A stretch of 53,849 nt of DNA from an uncultured Actinomycetes bacterium (GTDB lineage: Bacteria; Actinomycetota; UBA4738; HRBIN12). The notes below the pieces were generated by a model. The model ran no database searches, was not told the DNA's origin, and saw only the letters and a list, made by a program, of their open reading frames with translations. This document shows, piece after piece, positions 47,785 to 53,849 of this stretch. The DNA is taken from positions 1 to 53,849 of the forward strand of contig CAZMNP010000137.1 in the NCBI GenBank assembly GCA_964567675.1, read 5' to 3'. A program made the translations under genes and the position numbers. Each line of letters starts with the position of its first letter. Within the stretch, counting starts at the first letter, position 1.

Positions 47785-50700
47785 TCATCGGCCGGCGGAG
47801 CCGCCGCTGGAATGCCAGAGCTTTCGGGGAACCGCCGCGGGGATGGTGGGGCCTTGGTGGGCGAGGGCTTCGGGGAGGCGATGAGCGAGACGGGCACGGT
47901 GGAGTGCGACGAGGTCCCACACGTCCTCGGCGACGACGCTCACGCCCTTCTTGCCCGTTCGCCGGACGGTGCCGACGACGGCAAGCACGAACGAGTGGAA
48001 CACTGTTTTAGCGACCTTCGGCTGGACGCTCTCGAACACCGTCACGTCCACAGGGCCCGTCGCGTCGTCCAGGGTCAGGAAGATGATCCGCTGTCCGCTG
48101 CGGATCGCGGGGGTCTGCGAGGCGACTTTGACGCCGACGACCATCACGCGCTCGTCCGAACGGCAGCGATGGAGATCCCTCGCGCGCGTGACGCCGAGAT
48201 CGGCGATCAACGGCTCGAAGAAACTCACGAGATGGCGGCTGGCGTCCAGGCCGAGGACCTCGAGCTCCGCCCGTACGCGTTCGGCATCCGTGTACTCGGG
48301 GAGGGAGAAAGGCTCCGGCGGACTGCGGTCGGCGAAGGGCTGCGAAGGGGGCGCTTCGCTCCATCGACTCGTTGCGCTCGTCGATGAGCCCTTGCTCCGC
48401 CCATCGCCTCCCGCCACCCTGCCCGCTCCGTTCCCGGCGCTCCCCCGACCAGCGTTCGCGAGCGACGGGCGCACCGGCGGAAGGTCGAACGTGAGCTGGT
48501 CGCCTTCGCGTTGGGGGGTGGTCGTCATCGCCGCGTACAGACGGTCCCGCCGCGTACCCCGATCGATCCCGTCGAACCCCCCCGCATGCGCCAGCGCCTC
48601 TACCACCGGCTTCGAAACAACCGTCCGCCTCAAGAAGTCCCCGATATCGCGAAAGAACCGCTCCGCGCGAGCCTCCAGGATCGACCGCACCTCCGCATCC
48701 GTGATCCCATGCACATCGTTCAATGCGAGCCGTATCCCATAGCGAGGAGCGAGCGCGCGATCGGATCCAAGCCCACCGACGCCGGAGCCACCGACGTGGC
48801 CGGGCACCACGGACGGTTGGCCGGCGATCACCTCGGCCTCCACGCGCTCGACAACGTATTCGGGCTCGGATGCGTTCACGTCGAGCGGCAGGATCGGGAT
48901 GCCGTGCAGCCGCGCATCCTCGAGGAGCAGGCGCCGCGGGTACATCCCCGGGTCGTGGGTGAGGATCCCGGCGAGGAAGTGCGCCGGATAGTGCGTTTTC
49001 AGCCACGCCGATTGATAGGTCGGGACCGCGAAGGCCGCCGCGTGCGCCTTGCAGAAGCCGAAGCTCGCGAACTCGGCGACGGCGGCCCAGGTTCGCTCGG
49101 CGACCTCGCCGGAGAAGCCTCGAGCGCTCGAGCGGCGCAGGAAGTCCTCGCGCAGCGCGGGCACCAGGTCGTCCCGGTCGAGGTGGCGGCGGATGAAGTC
49201 GGCCTCGGTCAGGCTGTAGCCGGCGAACGCGGCGAGCGTCCGCATCACCTGTTCGTGGAACACGATCACGCCGAACGTCTCGCGCAGCGCCGGCCGCAGA
49301 GCGGGGTTGGCGTAGGTGGGCCGCTCCATCCCATGGCGGCGGCGTAGGTACGGGTTGATCATGTCGGACTTCACCGGCCCCGGCCGGAACAGCGAGATGT
49401 CGACGATCAGGTCCTCCCAATGGGTGGGTTGGAGCTTCTGCAGGAGCTCACGCTGGCCGGGGCTCTCGATCTGGAAGCACCCGAGCGTGTCCGAGGCCCG
49501 GATCAGCTCGAACGTCGGCTCGTCGTCCGTCGCGATCGCGTCGAGGTCAACCTTCACGTGCTCGGTTCGGGCGATCTCGTCCAGGGCGTGTCGCATCGAG
49601 GAGAGCATCCGCACGCCGAGGACGTCGAGCTTCAGGTAGCCGAGCAGCTCGACGTCGTCCTTGTCCGCCTGGATCACCCGGTAGCCCTGGAACGAGCGCT
49701 CGAGGGGAACCCGGGTCACGAGGTCGTCGTTCGAGAGCACGATGCCCGAGGGGTGGAGCGCGATATGGCGAGGGAAGCCGTCGAGACGTTCGGCCACGCG
49801 GAACAGGTGCTCGAGCTGGCCGGCGTTCAGGTTCGAGCCGGCGAGCTCGGGCAGGCGCTCGATCGCCACGCGGAGGTCCTTCGCGCCGATGTGCGGAAAC
49901 GACTTCGCGACCGTGTCGACCTCGGGCTCGGGCAGACCGAGGGCCTTGCCTACCTCGCGGACCGCAGCACGGGCGCGATAGGTGTCGACCATCGCGACAC
50001 ACGCGCACCGGTCGTCGCCGTAGCGCGACAAGACCATGTCGTAGACGTCCTCGCGCCGAGCGGATTCGACGTCGACGTCGATGTCGGGGAGCTCGTCGCG
50101 CATCGGGTTCAGGAAGCGCTCGAACGCGAGGTCGTGCCGGATCGCGTCGACGTCGGAGATGCCGGTCAAGTAGCAGACGAGCGAACCGGCGGCGCTTCCC
50201 CGGCATGCGCAGCGGATCCCCATCGCCCGCACATCGGCGACGATGTCGGCGACGGTGAGGAAGTACGCGGAGTACCCCATCCGGTGGATCATCGCGAGCT
50301 CGTGGTTCAACCGGTCACGGACCTTCGCCGTGGGTCGCATCCCCCGGTGATCGAGTCCGCGCCAGCACCGCTCGGCCAGGACCGAGGAAGCCGATCGCCC
50401 GCGCTGCGTCGGGAAGTCGGGGAAGTTCACGCGCCGAAGGTCGAGGTCGAACGTGCAGGACTCGGCGATCTGCAGCGTCGCGGTGAGCAGGTCCGGGCGC
50501 TCGGCGAAGAGCGCGCGCATCTCGCGAGCCGGCTTGAGCCAGCCCTCGGCGTTGCGGCGGCTGACGTTCGTCCGGTTGATCGGGACGAGCTCGCGCATGC
50601 ACTCGAGCGCGTCGGCGAGGAACGCGTCCGAGGCAACCAGGTACCGGACCGGGTTCGTCGCGACGGCTCGCACCTCCGCGCGTTCGGCCAGGCGCAGAAG

Positions 50701-51267
50701 CGCGCGGACCTCTCTCGTCGAGCCCTCCTCCAGCCGGTGCTGGACGGCGACGAACAGGCGCTCGCCGAACGCGTCGCGGTACGGACCGAGCGCCGTGCGC
50801 CCGGCGTCGATGCGGCCGGCGAGCGCGAGCGCGCCCGGAGGCGAGGCCGGTCCGAGGAGCGCGACGAGCCCTCCGGCGTGCGCGCAGACCTGCTCGGGGG
50901 TGAGCGAGGGGTCGCCGCGCTCGCCGGTCATGTGCGCGTCGGTGATCAGGCGGCACAGGTTCGCGTAGCCGGCTGCGTTCCGCGCGAGAAGGATCACGCT
51001 CGCATCCACCGGCTTGCGCCCGGCCCGTGGGAGCGGGATGGTCCCGGCATCGCGGACCGTGACCGATGCCCCGAGGATCGGATGAACGCCCTCGCGCTCG
51101 CACGCTTCGACGAACCGCGCGACGCCGTAGAGCCCGTCGCGGTCGGCGATCGCGACCGCCGGCATCTGCAGCTCGGCCGCCCGGCGCACGAGCGCCTCGG
51201 GCGAGAGTGCGCCCTCTTTCAGGGAGAAGTACGAACGGACGTCGAGATGCACGAAGCCGCCGGGCAT
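47785..51267 (-). CDS. dnaE2: error-prone DNA polymerase III alpha homologue DnaE2 (ImuC)
   Basis: 1160 aa. PHP-like N-terminus FVHLDVRSYFSLKEGALSPEALV. Pol III alpha core and OB-fold C-terminus. Distinct from the replicative dnaE at 11019-14570. Confidence 0.9.
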   Translation of the reverse strand: MPGGFVHLDVRSYFSLKEGALSPEALVRRAAELQMPAVAIADRDGLYGVARFVEACEREGVHPILGASVTVRDAGTIPLPRAGRKPVDASVILLARNAAGYANLCRLITDAHMTGERGDPSLTPEQVCAHAGGLVALLGPASPPGALALAGRIDAGRTALGPYRDAFGERLFVAVQHRLEEGSTREVRALLRLAERAEVRAVATNPVRYLVASDAFLADALECMRELVPINRTNVSRRNAEGWLKPAREMRALFAERPDLLTATLQIAESCTFDLDLRRVNFPDFPTQRGRSASSVLAERCWRGLDHRGMRPTAKVRDRLNHELAMIHRMGYSAYFLTVADIVADVRAMGIRCACRGSAAGSLVCYLTGISDVDAIRHDLAFERFLNPMRDELPDIDVDVESARREDVYDMVLSRYGDDRCACVAMVDTYRARAAVREVGKALGLPEPEVDTVAKSFPHIGAKDLRVAIERLPELAGSNLNAGQLEHLFRVAERLDGFPRHIALHPSGIVLSNDDLVTRVPLERSFQGYRVIQADKDDVELLGYLKLDVLGVRMLSSMRHALDEIARTEHVKVDLDAIATDDEPTFELIRASDTLGCFQIESPGQRELLQKLQPTHWEDLIVDISLFRPGPVKSDMINPYLRRRHGMERPTYANPALRPALRETFGVIVFHEQVMRTLAAFAGYSLTEADFIRRHLDRDDLVPALREDFLRRSSARGFSGEVAERTWAAVAEFASFGFCKAHAAAFAVPTYQSAWLKTHYPAHFLAGILTHDPGMYPRRLLLEDARLHGIPILPLDVNASEPEYVVERVEAEVIAGQPSVVPGHVGGSGVGGLGSDRALAPRYGIRLALNDVHGITDAEVRSILEARAERFFRDIGDFLRRTVVSKPVVEALAHAGGFDGIDRGTRRDRLYAAMTTTPQREGDQLTFDLPPVRPSLANAGRGSAGNGAGRVAGGDGRSKGSSTSATSRWSEAPPSQPFADRSPPEPFSLPEYTDAERVRAELEVLGLDASRHLVSFFEPLIADLGVTRARDLHRCRSDERVMVVGVKVASQTPAIRSGQRIIFLTLDDATGPVDVTVFESVQPKVAKTVFHSFVLAVVGTVRRTGKKGVSVVAEDVWDLVALHRARLAHRLPEALAHQGPTIPAAVPRKLWHSSGGSAGR

Positions 51268-51297
51268 CTCACCGCACCGACCGGACGCGCGGATCCG

Positions 51298-51993
51298 CTA
51301 GCCGCGCTCCCAGATCCGGGGGTCGTGGGCGAAGTGCACGCGCATCGGTTCGAGCTCGCGCAAACGGAGCACCGAGCGGACGTACGCATCGTGGTCCGGC
51401 GCTTCCGGCTCGCCCGAAGACGCCCCGTCGGTCGCGCCCTCCCACTCCGCACGCGACTGCACCGCCTGTCCGGCGAGCACGACGGTTCCGTTCGGCGTCT
51501 CGATAGCGAGCGACTGGTGCCCCGGCGCGTGACCCGGCGTCGGGATCAACGTGAGACCCGGTGCAACCTCGGTTCGGCCGTCCAGGAGCTCGTACGAAAG
51601 ACCGGGCGCGTCGACCCACTCGGGGACCGTGTAGTCGGGCACGTTCACCATCCGCCATTCGTCTCGCTGCGCGAAGATCGGCACGCCGGGCGGGAGGCGA
51701 ACGTTCTGCCCGCTGTGGTCGAAGTGCAGGTGACAGTTGGCGACGCCGGTGACGTCGGCGAGCGCGATCCCCTGCGACGCGAGCGCGTCCTCGATCGGCG
51801 TGATCCGAGGCGAGTACCGTTCCTGGATCTCTGCGTTTCCGAACCCCGCACCCGTGTCGAACAGGAACACCCCGTCGCGATGGACGACGGCATGCGCGAT
51901 CGTCGGCCACCACTCGGACCCGAGCGCCGCCTGCTCCTCTTCCGGCAGACGCAGCTCGGAGACGAGGAACGGGACGACGAGAGCCTCGGTCAC
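51298..51993 (-). CDS. metallo-beta-lactamase-fold hydrolase (lactonase-like)
   Basis: 231 aa. Metal motif HLHFDHSG, downstream PTPGHAPGH, and C-terminal HD. GTG start is 9 nt after the upstream stop, and its own stop lies 31 nt before dnaE2. Confidence 0.85.
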   Translation of the reverse strand: MTEALVVPFLVSELRLPEEEQAALGSEWWPTIAHAVVHRDGVFLFDTGAGFGNAEIQERYSPRITPIEDALASQGIALADVTGVANCHLHFDHSGQNVRLPPGVPIFAQRDEWRMVNVPDYTVPEWVDAPGLSYELLDGRTEVAPGLTLIPTPGHAPGHQSLAIETPNGTVVLAGQAVQSRAEWEGATDGASSGEPEAPDHDAYVRSVLRLRELEPMRVHFAHDPRIWERG

Positions 51994-52002
51994 GGCCGCG
52001 AT

Positions 52003-52254
52003 TCAATCCCACAGCCGCTCCATGTGCCAGCGGTCGCGCTGGCGGTCGTGATACAGATCCCAGACCGAGCCGCCGCGGGCCTCGATCCGCCAGTACTCGC
52101 GGTCGCGGCCGTCGGCCCACCAACGGCCCTCGATCCGCCACCGGCCGATCACGTCGGCGACCTCGTAGCGCCGCCCTCGCCAGAGGAACGCCGAAGGCAT
52201 CCCGGCCTCGCGCTCGACCCGGACCTCGACCTGCTCGTCGTAGCGCTTCGCCAT
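52003..52254 (-). CDS. 83-aa Trp/Arg-rich protein resembling the C-terminal domain of ImuB (stand-alone)
   Basis: ATG 52254 is preceded by GGGGAG at 9 nt. Sequence FLWRGRRYEVADVIGRWRIEGRWWADGRDREYWRIEARGGSVWDLYHDRQRDRWHMERLWD. The gene lies 38 nt downstream of the LexA box. The family assignment is from memory of ImuB C-termini, not from an alignment. Confidence 0.6.
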   Translation of the reverse strand: MAKRYDEQVEVRVEREAGMPSAFLWRGRRYEVADVIGRWRIEGRWWADGRDREYWRIEARGGSVWDLYHDRQRDRWHMERLWD

Positions 52255-52291
52255 CGCTTCGTGCTCCCCGACGACCGGCTCCTCCAGGGAA

Positions 52292-52307
52292 TCGAACGTA
52301 TGTTCGA
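52292..52307. promoter_or_regulatory. LexA (SOS) box, perfect palindrome TCGAAC-GTAT-GTTCGA
   Basis: Exact match to the actinobacterial/Gram-positive consensus TCGAAC-N4-GTTCGA. It sits in the divergent intergenic region, 38 nt upstream of the 83-aa ORF and 85 nt upstream of the plus-strand formimidoyltransferase gene. A TACGTT (TANNNT) -10 candidate lies inside the box on the minus strand. Confidence 0.8.
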
Positions 52308-52391
52308 GAGGGAGGGAGACCGTACACCCGGCCTCGGACGGCGGTCAACCCGGCGGTTCGCCCAGGTCGCGGCCGATAGGCTGTCGCGGCG

Positions 52392-53306
52392 ATGGACACG
52401 AACGCGCTCGTCGTCTGCGTGCCGAACTTCAGCGAGGGGCGCCGCGTCGGCACGATCGAGGCGATCTGCCACGCGCTCGCGGGCGTCCCCGGTGTCCGGC
52501 TCGTGTACCACCAGGCGGATGCCGAGCACAACCGGCTCGACACGACGATCGTCGGCTCCCCGGAGGCCGTGCGAGCGAGCGCCCTCGCCGGTGCGACGGC
52601 GGCGGTCGAGCTGATCGACATGACGACGCACTCCGGCGGTCATCCCCGGATGGGCGCCGCAGACGTCATCCCGTTCGTGCCCCTTCGCGACGTCTCGATG
52701 GAGGAGGTGGTCGAGCTGGCGCGCGGGTTCGCGAAGGAGCTCGCGGACGCGCTCGACCTTCCCGTCTATCTGTACGACCGCGCGGCACTCGATCCGGCGC
52801 GCGCGAGCCTGGCCGAGGTGCGCCGCGGAGAGTACGAAGGGCTTCGCGAGGCGGTCGAGCGCGGCGAGCGCCTCCCCGACTTCGGGCCGCACCGGATCGG
52901 CAAGGCCGGGGCGTCCGCCGTCGGTGCCCGCAAACCGCTGATCGCGTTCAACGTCTACCTGAGCGGTTCGGCCGAACACGCCAAGGAGATCGCCAGAGCC
53001 GTGCGCGAGTCGAGCGGCGGGCTCCCGGCCGTACGCGCCATCGGGTTCGAGGTGCCCGAGCGTGGCGGGGTGACCGTTTCGATGAACCTCGTCGACTTCG
53101 AGGTCACGGGTCTCCGACGCGCGTTCGACGAGGTGGCCAAGCTCGCGGACGAGTGGACAATGGAGGTGCGCTCGTCCGAGATCGTCGGCCTGGTGCCACA
53201 GCAAGCGCTCGGCGACGGGGACGAGGAGCACGTGCGACTGGAGGGATTCGATGCGGACACGCAGATCTTGGAGCGGCTCGTGAACGACGGCGAGGGCGAC
53301 TCGTGA
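52392..53306 (+). CDS. ftcD: glutamate formimidoyltransferase
   Basis: 304 aa. Signature N-terminus VCVPNFSEGR and HPRMGAADVIPFVP. Confidence 0.9.
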   Translation: MDTNALVVCVPNFSEGRRVGTIEAICHALAGVPGVRLVYHQADAEHNRLDTTIVGSPEAVRASALAGATAAVELIDMTTHSGGHPRMGAADVIPFVPLRDVSMEEVVELARGFAKELADALDLPVYLYDRAALDPARASLAEVRRGEYEGLREAVERGERLPDFGPHRIGKAGASAVGARKPLIAFNVYLSGSAEHAKEIARAVRESSGGLPAVRAIGFEVPERGGVTVSMNLVDFEVTGLRRAFDEVAKLADEWTMEVRSSEIVGLVPQQALGDGDEEHVRLEGFDADTQILERLVNDGEGDS

Positions 53307-53849
53307 ACGGCGGCGTGAACGGCGGGACCATCGGCGGTGGGATCGGCTCGAACACGATCGGGGGGTTCCTGGAGGCACTGTCCTCTGACGCCGCGACCCC
53401 CGGCGGGGGCGCGGTGGCGGGTCTTTGCGGCGCGGCCGGCGCCGCGTTGATCTCGATGGTCGGTCGCCTCACCGTGGGACGTGAGGGCTACGAGGACGCG
53501 GAGGAGGCCATGCGCCGGTACCTCGAGGAGGCCGACGCGGCGCGCGCCGTGTTCCTCGAGCTCGCGGATCGAGACGCGCAGGCGTTCGATGCCGTCATGT
53601 CCGCGTTCAAGATGCCGAAGGAGGACGATCGCCAGAAGGCCGAACGCAGCGCGGCGATCCAGCGCGCCTACCAGGGCGCGGCGCGGGTTCCGCTCGAGAT
53701 CGCGCAATGCGCGGTGGACCTGATGGACTCCGCGAAGGCCACCACGGAGCTCGGCAACGTGCACGCGGCGTCCGACGGTCTCGTCGCGGCGTTCGCCCTG
53801 CATGCCGCGACGTACAGCGCGCTCGCGAACGTGGAGATCAACGTTGCCG
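53303..53849 (+). CDS. formimidoyltetrahydrofolate cyclodeaminase / cyclohydrolase-family protein (3' end outside the window)
   Basis: GTG 53303 forms a GTGA overlap with the ftcD stop. Motif SSDAATPGGGAVAGLCGAAGAALISMVGRLT is typical of the cyclodeaminase domain. The ORF is still open at the right edge. Confidence 0.8.
   Translation, partial: MNGGVNGGTIGGGIGSNTIGGFLEALSSDAATPGGGAVAGLCGAAGAALISMVGRLTVGREGYEDAEEAMRRYLEEADAARAVFLELADRDAQAFDAVMSAFKMPKEDDRQKAERSAAIQRAYQGAARVPLEIAQCAVDLMDSAKATTELGNVHAASDGLVAAFALHAATYSALANVEINVA

Noticed and set aside
49420-52614. 1064-aa plus-strand ORF antisense to dnaE2, the MBL gene and the 83-aa gene
   Set aside because: Same reasoning: it is antisense to recognisable genes, Arg/Glu/Asp/Gly-rich, and has no domain signature.

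Overview
Very GC-rich (about 70% by eye), gene-dense chromosomal core segment, almost entirely transcribed on the minus strand. It looks actinobacterial: SepF and DivIVA are present, ftsA is absent, there is a PriA-like hisA, an ileS T-box leader, and a TCGAAC-N4-GTTCGA LexA box. Contents from left to right: (1) a liv-type amino-acid ABC transporter operon (livK-H-M-G-F) running into an ornithine-cyclodeaminase-family gene and an FAD oxidoreductase. (2) hisA/priA-like-trpC-trpB-trpA. (3) dnaE (Pol III alpha), divergent from a Cas4/RecB-like PD-(D/E)XK nuclease. (4) rluD-lspA-DksA/TraR-DUF167. (5) A T-box leader plus ileS, the only long plus-strand gene. (6) The complete division/cell-wall (dcw) region: mraZ-(39-aa smORF)-rsmH-ftsL-ftsI-murE-murF-mraY-murD-ftsW-murG-murC-murB-ftsQ-ftsZ-yggS-sepF-yggT-divIVA. 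Almost every junction in it is a 4-nt ATGA/GTGA start/stop overlap. (7) An HNH endonuclease and a MoxR-DUF58-transglutaminase triad. (8) A MerR-family regulator. (9) A LexA-box-headed damage-tolerance cluster: an 83-aa ImuB-C-terminus-like mini-protein, an MBL-fold hydrolase, DnaE2, a catalytically intact Y-family polymerase, and DUF3040. (10) Glutamate formimidoyltransferase plus a partial cyclodeaminase. I saw no rRNA, tRNA, CRISPR array, transposase or integrase. The most interesting item is the non-canonical DnaE2 cassette (45880-52307), which has no adjacent ImuA/ImuA' or full-length ImuB. Secondary items: an unlisted translationally coupled smORF between mraZ and rsmH, a four-fold GTGG direct-repeat operator upstream of mraZ, a full-length ileS T-box, and a divergent PriA-like isomerase in the trpF position. 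Many ORFs in the supplied track are over-extended at the 5' end or are antisense artefacts of the high GC content. I re-called the starts from start/stop overlaps and Shine-Dalgarno (SD) motifs. All homology statements rest on motif recognition by eye, not on database searches.
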